This document shows positions 10,088 to 22,108 of a stretch of DNA of 33,205 nt, piece after piece (position 1 is the stretch's first letter; each line of letters opens with the position of its first letter). The position numbers and the translations under genes were made by a program. The notes under the pieces were generated by a model. That model was not told the origin of the DNA, searched no databases, and worked only from the letters and a program-made list of their open reading frames with translations. Origin of the DNA: Nemertoderma westbladi (taxonomy: Eukaryota; Animalia; Xenacoelomorpha); NCBI GenBank assembly GCA_032718475.1, contig JAUCBJ010007256.1:1-33205 (forward strand), written 5' to 3'.

Positions 10088-10934
10088 ACCGGTGTAACAG
10101 GAAAATATGCCCCCCCGGGAAATGTGCCCGGGGGGGCATATTTTCCTAGGAAAAAATGCCCCCCCGGGCAAATTTCCCTAGGAAAAAATGCCCCCCCTTA
10201 GGAAATTATGCCCCCCCTGAATTATACAATAAACAAAACTTATTACTACTAAAACTTACAAAAATTATACAAAACAAAAAACAGTCACTTTACCAAATGA
10301 AGGAAAGGAGCAGGTTACAGAGGCAGGCCTTTCTAACCAAAACAATAAACGATCATTTAACTAATTGAGGGAAAGGAGCAGGTTACAGAGGCGGGATTTT
10401 CTAACCAAAACAATAAACGATAACATTACCAATTGAGAGAAAGGAGCATGTTACAGAGGCGGGATTTTCTAACCAAAACAATAAACAATACCAAATCAGG
10501 GAAAGGAGCAGGTTACAGACTTAAAAAAGTTTGGAGCTGCTCGGCGCCCACACAACACCACACACTCGCACTGCTGTTATACCAGTACTTACTACAGTAG
10601 CCTACTGACTTAGATACTTCAGTATGCTGTTCTACATCCCTTACTATGCCTTACCTGCTTACCTACCGGCAGACCGGTACCGTACTATTCTTCCAACTAT
10701 TATAAGTTCTGCAGTTCGTAGATTAAAAGTGGCTAACAGCAGACCGGTATCGTACCAGTTTTCAGACTTTTGAGGGGGACTAATTTTCCTGAGGGGAGGC
10801 ATTATTTCCTAAGGAGAAAATGCCCCCCCGGGCTAAATTTCCTAGGAAAAATTGCCCGGGGGGACATAATATCCTAGGAAATAATGCCCCGGGGGGCATA
10901 TTCTAGGGGGGGCTGATTTCCTTGTGACACCGGT
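10088..10934. mobile_element. Non-autonomous DNA transposon (MITE) with long repetitive inverted termini
   Basis: ACCGGTGTAACAGGAAAAT... versus ...ATTTCCTTGTGACACCGGT. Subterminal CCTAGGAAAA-ATGCCCCCC arrays on both sides. Internal ~68-bp tandem repeat (3-4 copies, about 10300-10520). TSD not clear. Confidence 0.85.
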
Positions 10935-11056
10935 TCATTCAGACTATCAAATATTTTATAGGACCTACTAACCTACAGTAGCATACCGGTAGTAAAACAT
11001 CAGCAGACTGGTAAACTGAAAGTAACTTACCCAAATATTAAATCAGACAATGTTTC

Positions 11057-11112
11057 GGGTAAATCTTTTCGACCTACGCGTAGGCCTACGCGTAGGTCGA
11101 AAAGATTTACCC
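11057..11112. mobile_element. 56-bp perfect palindromic insertion with 8-bp TSD
   Basis: GGGTAAATCTTTTCGACCTACGCGTAGG|CCTACGCGTAGGTCGAAAAGATTTACCC flanked by AATGTTTC at 11049-11056 and 11113-11120. Confidence 0.9.
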
Positions 11113-12463
11113 AATGTTTCTATTCCTCAACGATGTTACCATTAAACCAAGGTGCACCGTGCATGCTGAATATGCCATCTATATCCTAGCATCTCATTGC
11201 AAAACCCAGCACTACAATGGTAGCCTGCATTCTGCATTCCCCTTTTCAAAGTTACTAAACTAGTGGAAAGTGAATCGTTGACCTAGTGATTTTTAGTGTG
11301 GCATTACATCAGGGACTGCCGGCATAGCAACAGTGCGGAGCAAAATACAGTACAAGTTTCAAAAAGCGCTACTACTGTATATGAAAATTCAAGTTTGGCT
11401 TCGAAATATTAAAAAGTAATTTGATTCAAAAAGTTTTTGAAAGAAGTGTGTCTATCACTACAGTCACGCTCTCCACTACAATACTTTTGTAGCACTTGAA
11501 ATCCACCTGAATCCACGTTGAGGGCCACTTCCACATAATATCATCCATATTGTTAAGATTTTTTCCAAATTTTTTGAAAACAACTTACTCCAATGAAACT
11601 ATCGATTGACAGAACATTTCAGAGCAAACGAAAGCTTTTAATTGTCGTCTTAAATACATAATTTAACCCAGTAACTAGTCATATTTGTCGACCCCAAAAT
11701 CCCTTGTTCCTAAAAAAAATCATTCGTTATCTTACTCTATAAACTATTGTGGTTTTTAAACTAAAACAAACAAATAAATTACACCTAAACTCAATAAAAC
11801 AATCCCAATTTCATTACATAAAAAATCTTCGCTAACATTTTAGTGAAAATCATCAAATTTGCTTGCATATGTTACTACCATACAACATCACTTGGAATAG
11901 TGTCGGTAATTAGCAGAATTAATTAGGTGTTAGGTAATTAGTTCCTCCGTGCCATGGGTTAGCCAGAAGTATTATTTTTGCTTTCATTCTTTAGCAACAC
12001 GAGTTCTAAAAAGGTGTCTCCGTCGATATTGCACCAGTTACACCGCAGTTATTCTTCAAACTTCTAGTGATTTGTTGGTACTTTTAGAAAGCTGACCAAG
12101 CAAGGATTCCAAATATGTAACACAATCTGAATTTCGTTGAAAAATAGCTGAGATATGGGCGTTCAAAACAGGCTCTCTGTGGATCCAACTAAATTTCAAT
12201 ACCAAATTCAATAGCAAACAAAATTCAAATTTCCATTTTTATACAGGCTATGATTTGATAATTTGTTTGATTAATAATATGACTGGATATGTTAGCTATT
12301 TATTTTCAAATAATTCTTATTTTCTTGAACAACAAGTTTTCCGTACTGTGAAGGGTTCAGCAACACGTACTGTAGATTACAGAAACAGGTTACTGTGTGT
12401 TAGCAGTCCAGCAACAAGTTGCAGAAACAATTTCTGTGTGTAAAGAGTCCAGCAACAGGTTTA

Positions 12464-12651
12464 CCCATGTGAAGTTTATCAGACTTTCTGTTGTTATATT
12501 TCACTTTGTGTGAAAAATATATATATATGTATCTATATTGTATATAGGCCTATGTATGTGAAAAATACCAGATTATCACTAACTCTCAATGTATTAAATT
12601 TAAATTTAATATTTAAATTTCAAGGTGAAAACCTGGTAATCTTCACATGGG
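12464..12651. mobile_element. Small MITE remnant
   Basis: Inverted repeat CCCATGTGAAGTTTATCAG / CTGGTAATCTTCACATGGG around an AT-rich core. No clear TSD. Confidence 0.55.
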
Positions 12652-12789
12652 CGAACATCCGAATAAGTTGCTCCGTATGAGGGGTGTCTTAGAAGTGTTC
12701 ATGTAAGAAAATTGGCAATTACTGCATTACAGTATGCCTCCCAAAGCCTGACGTACAATAATGATTGTACGCCTGTGTTATATCCAACA

Positions 12790-12812
12790 CCCCCCCCCCC
12801 CCCCCCCCCCCC
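12790..12812. repeat. Poly-C tract (about 23 nt)
   Basis: Direct reading; length may be affected by sequencing error. Confidence 0.9.
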
Positions 12813-13343
12813 TTTTCCTCTCATAAATAATTACAGTAGATAATTATTCTGGACATAATTGTTAATTTTAATAAATAGTTCTAGAACTACTTTTTTCTAG
12901 AATGGCAATATTTTTTTTATAATTATTCTCTCCTTTAAATAGTTTAAAAGAACAAAAACTATTTTTTCTGGTAATGCTTGTAATACTAGGCCTACTGTAA
13001 TGTCATCTTTATAACTTTTACCAAAGAAATTAATAAACTATCTTGTAGGCCTATTAAAAAAAAATATTGTTAGGGGGAGAGTACTAAAAAACGAGACAGT
13101 AATATTTACAGTAACAAGTGTAATTAACAAGTCTACTAACGATATACTAGTCTTCCGACATCTCAATGAAAAATAATATATTTTTTCACTAATTTACTTT
13201 AATACATTATATTTTATAAAATTATATTTATTGCAGCAAATTGTATACAGTGCGATTAATAGTAATTTTCTCTAACTGCAAAATACTTTTAGTAGTAGGC
13301 CTACAGTTGCCATCTGGGGTAAGCTCAATGCATCACACAATAG

Positions 13344-14042
13344 TTAAACGCCTTTGGTCGCTCGCAACTCATCTTGCAGTCTCTGTACATTTCGCTCAGC
13401 CGTAATTCTTCTTCCTTCCTCGACATCTCTTTCATCTCGCAAACGGCGCAGACGTTGCCCAAGGTCTTCGTTGGTATCCTTCAAGTTATTAATATCCTTC
13501 TCATAACTCGTCTTGGAATTCTGATGCAACTCCTGTATGTTATAAGCTCTGCTTTCCGTATCCGCCAGTCGCTTCTTCAGGCTCTGGACAGTGGAATCAG
13601 CCTGTTCGACAAGTCTATCCATGTCGTTTTCGAGCCTAACTCGTTTGGTTCCTTCAATCTCCTTCTGCTGTCGCTCAAACTGCATCTCTTTGGTTGTGTA
13701 CTTCAGCATGAGCTCGGCATCGCGTCTCTCCTTGTACTCGCGTTCCAGATCAATCTCAAGATCCTTTATCTTATCGATTGCATCCGAGAGGGTTTGTACT
13801 CGGCACTCGATAGCTCTAGTAATTCGTTTATGATGCCAAGCTCGTCGGCAAGATCTGTTTACGTGGTAGACGCTCCACGCTACACCAAGAGTAATCGGCA
13901 CAGCTGCAATGCCAACTTTCAAAGCAAGTGTATGTTCAGCACAGAGCTTACCAATGGCTTCAATGTACGCGCCTGTCGTAGTGTATAACCCCTTCAATAC
14001 CGCGTCAACTGGCTGAGCGATAAACTCTGTTTTTCCAGCCAT
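13344..14042 (-). CDS. Hypothetical intronless protein, 232 aa: N-terminal hydrophobic segment plus long coiled coil
   Basis: Clean ATG-to-TAA ORF with higher GC than its flanks. Hydrophobic VGIAAVPITLGVAWSVY followed by an E/K/R/L heptad-rich tail. TATA-like TTTATAAGAG about 35-40 nt upstream and AATAAA at 13227-13232. Confidence 0.75.
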   Translation of the reverse strand: MAGKTEFIAQPVDAVLKGLYTTTGAYIEAIGKLCAEHTLALKVGIAAVPITLGVAWSVYHVNRSCRRAWHHKRITRAIECRVQTLSDAIDKIKDLEIDLEREYKERRDAELMLKYTTKEMQFERQQKEIEGTKRVRLENDMDRLVEQADSTVQSLKKRLADTESRAYNIQELHQNSKTSYEKDINNLKDTNEDLGQRLRRLRDERDVEEGRRITAERNVQRLQDELRATKGV

Positions 14043-14324
14043 GATTACGATAATAAGATGGGCGGACTTTTCAAGCTCTTATAAATAAATTGCCCTATGT
14101 AAGGTTACACGAAATTCGTTACTTAATAGATTACATAATTAAATTGATTCGACTTTGTTACACAAAACATATTTCATATTCTAGAATATTAAATAGGCCT
14201 ATTACATCTAAGTTGCTTAGATATGCTGGGAGCATAATAAGGTGAAGATAATATTAACTTAATTTGGAATTCGGAATTGTACAGTAATATATATAGTACG
14301 CATATATAGTGCGCAGTATAATGT

Positions 14325-14357
14325 ATGTATGTAAGTATGTATGTATGTATGTATGTA
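14325..14357. repeat. (GTAT)n microsatellite
   Basis: Direct reading, one interrupted unit. Confidence 0.85.
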
Positions 14358-15142
14358 CTGTACATAAACACACATTACCGAATACACAAAATATATAACT
14401 ATTTAGTATCTACATGCTATTATGTAATACATCATTCTGGTTGAAAAGTACCTATAATTGGATAAATTTTTTATATCGATGACATTTCAAATTCAAACGT
14501 AAAATAAAGAATAAGAAATAAGTAATACATTATTATACAATTAATTCTGTACATTATTAATTATATACAGAATTACACAAAAATAATTAAGGTCTGCTTA
14601 AAAGTGGAAACGTTTTTGGCAACAACGTGGTGGTCAGCAACTATCAACTTTAGAAACAGGGGCGAAAACTGGACGCAAATCCCATCTTGGTGAATTAATA
14701 TCCCGCCTCAATGTTAAATTCTCAATGTAGGGATCAGGTTACAGTTGCACGTTATTTTAACCAAAACAACAAACTAAACACAATAGAACAGGTTACAGTT
14801 TTATTTTTGAGAGTAATCAACTGTTATTTGCGTCAAATTTTCGCTGGAGAGGGATGAGTTTCTATTATTTATTAGTTAGAGGCCCCACCGCAGAAGTAAC
14901 TTTTTGTAAATCCAATTATTTTAAAGTACAGATAATTTATATTGTTTTTTATATATTTATATTTTATTTATACGAACTTTACATAATACAGTACGTGCAC
15001 ATGCACAACCCGATGAAAATAGTATATTTTTACGTTTTTCAGTTAAACATTTCGTAATTATTAATATCATAATTCGAATAATAATAATATATGAGTATTT
15101 CATAACCGATGAGTGTGAGATTGGGGGTGCGTTCACCGCTAA

Positions 15143-15337
15143 AAGCCAGTTTCCGCGCTGTTTTTTTTTCAAGCTTTTTTTAGTTAAAACAATTTCTAGA
15201 AATTCATTGCTTCAAGATGAATCTGAGAATTTTGGAATGTTAAAACCTAAAATATTGAATGAAGCTCCAAAAAAAGCTTATAATAAAGCTTGGAAAATAG
15301 AATACCGCACATAAAAAAGCAGCGCAGAAACGGGCCT
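15143..15337. mobile_element. PIF/Harbinger-type MITE
   Basis: Imperfect TIRs AAGCCAGTTTCCGCGCTGTTTTTT / AAAAAAGCAGCGCAGAAACGGGCCT flanked by TAA on both sides. Confidence 0.7.
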
Positions 15338-17720
15338 TAAGTGTGGGCGTATGTCACACGAGGGACACTGCATTACGGCCTCAACCCGGGAGAAAATTAT
15401 TCTATTCTTTAAATTCTTAGAGAAAATTATTCTACTCGGGGATCGCTGTCTGATAATGTTAGCAATGTTAGTTAAGCCCCTTGTCCTTCAGAGTGTAGGT
15501 GGAAGTTAGAATTTTTTCAGTTACGTTTAAAAGTAGGGCTGTTGTACTGGATTACTCAAAACACAAAACTCTTTTCTAATACCAATAAATATTAAATACT
15601 AAATGTAATTAATTATTTGCTATTTATATTTGTATACGGAATATATCTGTGTCACTGCACTAAATTTTAGTGAATATATACTTAACCTTTCAAATAACTA
15701 CTGAAGAACTACTGAACAAAGAACTACTGTATGATTGTTTCGGAAACTTCAACAACAAACTATGACACACTTAAATACAGACAGTCGGACACAAAAACAT
15801 ACTGAATACCAGTACAGACAGGAAACATTGATAGTTTATATTAATTTTGACTGCTTGTCGGAAATTGTCAATGCAGATGATATGAATATTTCCTTATTTG
15901 GTACTCAAGCAAATGGCATTATACAGTTTATATCTTGTATTCCTCCAAACGTATGGAATATAACATTCCACCCAAACTTTTACACTTTTATATCAACACT
16001 AGTGGCACATGTGCTGTTTTAATCAACGAACCCTTTCTGTTTTGTGTCAATTTTGGAATTCAGGAATCTGATCCTCGTATATTTTAATTGTACTCACTCA
16101 CTACAGTAGATTTAGTCGTTCGTGTATCTAACAACTCAGATAGGTAAACTACAAAGTTTTACTTTTTTGCACAAGTACATTTATATTTAGTTTTTAAAAT
16201 ATTATTGTAGTAAAGTGCAATTTACAAGATTACAACATTATCAGGCCAATTACGTAGTAAAAATAGCCCGTGCTAGATAGGGTTAAAGATTTCCACCACG
16301 AGTGCTTCCGTTTATAATTAGTTACTTACTATAGTTTTACATTTGAGTGTTAATTTTATGCAGTAGGTCCCTAATAAGTTCGATTTTAGACATATTTGCA
16401 AAATAACCCTCCGTCTAATTTAATTTTTAATATTTTGCCTCGAAGTTGATGTTGCTTAGGGCGAAACAGTTACTTACAAAGTTTGCATTAATCAAGTCCC
16501 TTGACGTCAGGTTGGATGCGATCCGATCAATTAAGATTTGCTTTCGAGTACTTTAATGTGGATATCGATGTTGGTCGAGGAAGGGAATATAACTCGATGG
16601 CCTTGCGGTATCCGGAGGATGCTCCTCTGTAAGGTGTGGCTGAGGGAATGTTGTTATTGAAGGATAAACGAATTCCTAGTTGTAAAAGCTTCTGTGGGAT
16701 GTAACTGGCCCTTCGCCCCGCAACCCAGTTTTTCCCCCATACGCTAAAATACTCTGAAACCTACTGTAAAGGTTTTTCTGGGATATGACTGATTTGTTTT
16801 CTTTGCTAACCAGTTCCCCCCTCCAAGGCGTTGGAATCCTTTAGGAGGGATCTGAGCTGTTCGATTGGACAGCCGGCTTGGGAAGGTTGCCCCAGTTACC
16901 CATAGCCCTGCGTTGAGTTAGTTCTGATTTCGACCAATCCCGAGCTACTGAACTGAAATTATCCTGTCTCACTGCTGATTACATGTGTTGAACGGGATTC
17001 TTGGAAAATAAGAGAGCTAAAGTCACGGGACTTTGTGTTATCATTTTAAGACTTTATTATCAGTGTTTTAAGACCGTGTTGAGATAGCGAAATGCTTTCT
17101 GCCTTTTTGTAAGAACATTAGTAGGCAAAATTATAGAAAGCATAGCTATTATCGCTATTAACGATTCATATCGATTTAATTCATTGAACTCATTACTTGC
17201 AATCTAATTGTATCTTAACCTACCGTCATACTGCTTTTACTGTTTGTAATTTTGTATCAGTATAATTGGATGTTATTAGTTGAAGAATATCAATAATCAA
17301 CCCGCATTTTCCCAATATCCTTGATACACTACAGGTTAGAGAGAAGGGTTATGTACAACAATTGCGACTTTATTATTGTGTTTGTAGTGAATCTAATGTT
17401 GTTTGACAGACACTACCTGAGTCCAGTGCATATCTCTTTATACCTGATCAAAGTCAGTAACTGTCGGCATATCAGTGAGCAGTGTTGTGCGTTACCGGTA
17501 GCGTGCGTGATTGTAAAGTGATTTGAATCTGATAATAAAGCATTCCTAAAGAATGCGCCCTATGCTTGAAATTTAAGCCATATCGTTGTGTGTAGTATCA
17601 GTCATAACTCTGTTTACATAGGTAGAGCGCCACGTCCTAAAAGGAACTGCTAATATTTCCCGAAAGTGAATAATATTTGTCAGAGATTATATATTAGTAA
17701 TCAATCGAATAATACAGTAG

Positions 17721-17952
17721 GCTTGACCGCAAATAAATTTAAGCCCACGAATCCAGTCTCCCGGTGTTATAAACGGGTCATTTGGACGCGCATGGACTGG
17801 CTTCGGCTAATGTTTTGGTTTGTTTTGTATTAAATCTTATCATCTTACAAAAGGCAGATTATCAATAAAGACATATAAATTTCGGCAGGTTAAACTGCTG
17901 AAGGTCTATAAAAGCGCGTACAATAATAGCTATCGATCTTATTTGCGGTAAG
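17721..17952. mobile_element. Possible MITE remnant
   Basis: Inverted repeat GCTTGACCGCAAATAA / TTATTTGCGGTAAGC about 230 bp apart. No TSD seen. Confidence 0.35.
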
Positions 17953-18250
17953 CAATAAGATTGAAAAGTACCGGTACATCAGAACCGGTACCAGTAGGTC
18001 AGTAGGCCCAACTGTCATAACCGGTACTATTACCGTAGGTCCGTAGGCCTAACTGTCATAACCGGTACTGCTGTCCAAGTGCATTAGTATTATTTCGATT
18101 GTGATATAGTGTATATTGTAGGCTGCTAGGGGATTAGGGATTGATCACCCCTCATTCTTCTGTACAGTTTACTTATTTCTGTCGATTTTATTCACGTGTA
18201 AGTTAGTATTGAGTAGAAGACGTGTAAGTCTGCTCAGATTGTTCAGATCA

Positions 18251-18753
18251 TTGTAGGCTGGACTGTTGTCTGACTGTTGTTAGGCTTGAAGATTACAGCG
18301 TGTGTAGAGAGTCTGATAGGTGCCAGTTAGTAAGTTGGGGCAACTCGTAAGTTGTAAGGTCAACCCCCATAAAGAATAAGCCGCGCTACCTTATTAGCAC
18401 GCATACTCACTAACAAGTTTCGGAATCTGCATATACTGTGGTTATTTAGGCTTGATAGTAGTCCGTCAGCGTTTATACTGTACTGTCTGTATAGTCCGTT
18501 CAGATACCGTAATAGTATTATTTAGATATTTTGTAGGCTGGATTGTTGCCTAGCTGTTGTTGGGTCTGAAGAGATTGCCGCGTGTGTAGAGAGTCTGATA
18601 GATGCCAGTTAGTAAGTTGGGGCAACTCGTAAGTTGTAAGGTCAACCCCCATAAAGAATAAGCCGCGCTACCGTATTAGCACGCATACTCACTAACAAGT
18701 TTCGGAATCTGCACATCCTGTGGTTTATTTAGGCTTAATGGTAGTTTGTCAGC
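18251..18753. repeat. Tandem duplication, period about 280 bp
   Basis: GCGTGTGTAGAGAGTCTGATAG...ACTAACAAGTTTCGGAATCTGCA is near-identical in two copies starting about 18251 and 18531. Confidence 0.92.
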
Positions 18754-19737
18754 ATCCGGTTTGTATTTTATTTGAGTATTCTGTACGGGTAGCGTAATAT
18801 TTATTATTCAGAGTTTATGCGATTACTCGCAACATTCATGTCCCCAAGTTTATTCCTACAGTAATTGTGTTTGTTATACATACCGTTATAGTTAAATTAA
18901 CCCCAGTACTACACGGGCTGCTTGGCGTAGGTAAAGACTGGTGACTCAGTGCCCCGGTCACTCCAGCAGATGCTGTGGTTCTTTTAACTGTTCAAGTATA
19001 TTTAACTACTGGTTATCTGTTTTTACAAGTACCTGTACCTAATTTAGGGTTTAGTGTACAGTGCTTTCCGAAAGTAATTAGTGTAGGCATTATTGTGTTG
19101 TAAAGTGGTTAATAGGCACGTTCGTTCTGGTAGACGGCGGTAATTAACTTCTAGGTAGGAACACTCCGTAGATACATAACGTTGTACCTATAGCGATACG
19201 GCTGTAGGTCGTCAGGCGGTGGTACTTTCCTATCTAGACAACGCAGTATTTACTTCTGCTTATTATTTTCAAATACCGTAGTATCCTGTTCGTTGTAATA
19301 GCCAGAAGTTCTAACCCTTTGTTAGACTAGTTAGTAGTTTCCCTGTAAAATTGCCCTAAAAATTTCTGTACGTAACGTTTTGTGTGTTTATTAGAGATTG
19401 TAATCTCACCAATAGTAAGTAACTAGTAAATAAGTAACGTAGGCCAGTAGAATTATTCTGTTTAGTGTCCCATAAGTAGTACTTCACTGAAAGCGCTTAG
19501 CTTCTGTGTAGTGGTATTTTGCCGGAAATAGTAACACCTATTTCAATCTTGTAACGAAATCCCTTATCAGGGTATATATATATTATAAATCAACTCCAAA
19601 GATTTATAAATCAGTAGGCCTGCCATACAACAAGTAGGTCACAATATCAGTTGAACTACTGCTTGCATAACGGTAACAAAGTAAACTCAAGTAACTAAAT
19701 AACTTATAATTTCAGAAATTCAATTATCCTAAATAAT

Positions 19738-20015
19738 TGATATACCGGTATCTCTAATAGGTTTATTATATTTATTTCTATAAATTTGAACTGACATCAT
19801 ACCGGTATTCTGTAATTAATTCTAGTAATAATTATACTTATATATACTATAAGTGTCAGCTGTATACCGGTATTTACGATAGGCCTATTATATATTTATA
19901 TATATTTGTGCTAAAGTTATATACCGGTACTCTGTGACAAACCTAGTCTGTTATACTTATATATACTATAAGTGTATACCGGTATTCTAATATATTGCAA
20001 TTAATTACCGGTACT
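19738..20015. repeat. Degenerate ~120-bp tandem repeat with ~60-bp subunits marked by TACCGGTA
   Basis: Six TACCGGTA motifs, mostly ~60 bp apart; TTATACTTATATATACTATAAGTGT occurs twice. Confidence 0.75.
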
Positions 20016-20236
20016 AGGCCAACAGTCTTACTGAATTACTAGACTTGCTTTAACTGTGATTATAGCAGTAGACATTCAACTGTACAACTAAAATATGTCT
20101 GACACACAACAGAACCTGTCGGACAGTCCATCAGACATTACACAGAACCTGTCGGACAGTCCACCAGACACTACCATTTGTGACTCAGATAGGAGTGATA
20201 AGACTGATAGGACTCAGACAGAGCCCAGTTCACCTC

Positions 20237-20506
20237 CTACTGAAAGGCTGGTGCCCCACCGAGTACGGCGCCATCCGCTTCGCCACCTGGCGCCGCACCG
20301 AATAGGATAAATGGAAAGTTTCGGATGCGTGGCAGAATTCTGGTAATATGTAATCGCGCTGGTTCCACTATTGTACTACCTGCGTAGTCGACCGACGTTG
20401 CTGATTTGGCCCATCCAAATAGCCACCAACCCTGGTTCCCGTATCGCTCGACTTCGTTCCTCACATGAAGTCTCGCCTCGATATTGCTTACAGCCTGAGC
20501 TTTCGT
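20237..20506 (-). CDS. Uncharacterised spliced gene, terminal exon C
   Basis: TTTTCAG| acceptor, phase 0. TKAQAVSNIEARLHVRNEVERYGNQGWWLFGWAK...LHITRILP...GAPAFQ*. Confidence 0.8.
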   Translation of the reverse strand, partial: TKAQAVSNIEARLHVRNEVERYGNQGWWLFGWAKSATSVDYAGSTIVEPARLHITRILPRIRNFPFILFGAAPGGEADGAVLGGAPAFQ

Positions 20507-20629
20507 CTGAAAATATATAATTTATAAATTTTATTATATTATTGATAAAGTAAATGTATTGTACTTTGTTGGGTATTTTTATTCACTTGTTTCTAATTTA
20601 TAGTATGGTTTACCAGTTTTACATACTAC

Positions 20630-21685
20630 GGCCCGGTTTCTCAAAACTCACTTAACTTAAATTGGGCACTTAAATTAAGTGTTTTGTTACTAAGTTCCCC
20701 CTTAAATTTATTTGCAGTTTCTCAAAAGTTAAATGACCATTTAAAGTTTCAAATTTAAGTAACTCTGGGATAACTTTAGTAACCCTGGGAGGTACCTTAT
20801 CATGCCACAAGTCTTCAGTTAATAAAAAAAATGCAGTTTGCTTTGAAGTGGTAATGTTATGGCTTTTTTATTTCCAGTAGTTATAAATAGGCATTGACGA
20901 AAATCGAGAGTAAACAACATCAAACTGGTCAGATAGAGGCGCACATTGGCCGTAAGTGAAAATAGTGATCTTCAGCGTAAATTGACCTCAAATGAAATAA
21001 TGTGAAACTAATTAATGATATTAAATTAATTTTCAAGCCCATTTTGTGTTTGCGGTCATTTTGCGCCATTGACTCCTACCTGGTACAAGTATATAACGAT
21101 ACTGAATTTTATTGAGTTCTACTGAGCCACTACAGGGCATTTTAAATCGTCTGTAAAATATTGGGAAGAGATCCGTTGATCAGTATTAATATTCAATTTT
21201 TTACTAGCTAATTTTATGCAGATTTTGACATAATAAATGTTCTAGAACATCCCATGGCAAAAATATAGAGATATTTTTTATGGTAGCTATTATTCTTGGT
21301 ATAGCTAGCCAAAATTATTTTATTATTGAATTATTATTATTAATATTATTCTTTAAATTATTTATTATTATTTAAAGTCTTGGGTATTTGTTTTGTTCTC
21401 ACCCTTTGCTCAGACGTAATAAAAATAAATTAAATTGATCTTCCATTTACAAATGAACATAATTAACTCTGTTAGCTACCAGTCCGTTAACTACTCAACT
21501 AAACTTTCAGTTTAGGATAAATTTAACCTTAAATTATTAAAGTTGCCACTTAGGTAACTGCTCGCTATTTTTTTTATAAGAAACATCACTAAACTTAAAC
21601 TAAGTGGCCATTTAACAAAGTGGGCATTTAAAATTATTAAGTGGCTATTTTAGGATAAGTGGGCACTTATTTGAGAAAGCGGGCC
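20630..21685. mobile_element. Harbinger-like non-autonomous DNA transposon (intronic)
   Basis: TIRs GGCCCGGTTTCTCAAA / TTTGAGAAAGCGGGCC, subterminal CACTTAA/TTAAGTG repeats. TSD imperfect. Confidence 0.75.
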
Positions 21686-21848
21686 TTAGTTATACTAGTT
21701 ATACTTATCCGTTTTACTTATCAATTAAGTATTATATTAATATAATTAATCTATAATATTTAGTTGCTGTTTTACTATGTTCAGCACTAATAGTGAAATT
21801 TGTTGTATTATAAAATTTGTATCCATTTGAAACATGAAAATTACTTAC

Positions 21849-22073
21849 TTGCTGGTGTTCCGGCGAAATAAATACAGATGTAAAGTCCCTGGAGATGAAT
21901 TCGTGTGGAAGGATTTTCCTATTCTCTCCGTCTTTGATCTCTGGAAGTCTTACATCAGTTGCCACCGCCCACACAATAGGCAAAGATCCTCTGTAGCAGG
22001 CGCACGACGCTGTAGTGGCATCGCCCTTGAGGCCGCGGCAAATTGTACCGCCGCATACCCTCTTCATTGTCGT
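21849..22073 (-). CDS. Uncharacterised spliced gene, exon B (Cys cluster)
   Basis: TTTTTAG| acceptor and CAA|GTAAGT donor, 225 nt, phase 0/0. TTMKRVCGGTICRGLKGDATTASCACY...FISRDFTSVFISPEHQQ. Confidence 0.85.
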
Positions 22074-22108
22074 CTAAAAATTACAATATAATATTAAAAC
22101 AATAGTTT

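Noticed and set aside
11375-12250. Possible old DNA transposon
   Set aside because: Only weak inverted similarity at the ends; no TSD or coding remnant identified.
13374-13988. 204-aa plus-strand ORF
   Set aside because: Antisense shadow of the coiled-coil ORF, with a non-ATG start and no motif. The same applies to 1369-1692 and the short ORFs within 8895-9842.
15735-16070. 95-aa ORF or a decayed exon
   Set aside because: Non-ATG start, AT-rich, no motif; the opposite-strand frame has multiple stops.
16805-16826. Resemblance to miR-184 (and of 24440-24465 to miR-34) on the minus strand
   Set aside because: Seed sequences do not match, and the arm position or hairpin does not fit.
17322-17600. 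Possible solo LTR (TGATAC...GTATCA with an internal AATAAA)
   Set aside because: No matching TSD and no second copy in the window; unresolved.
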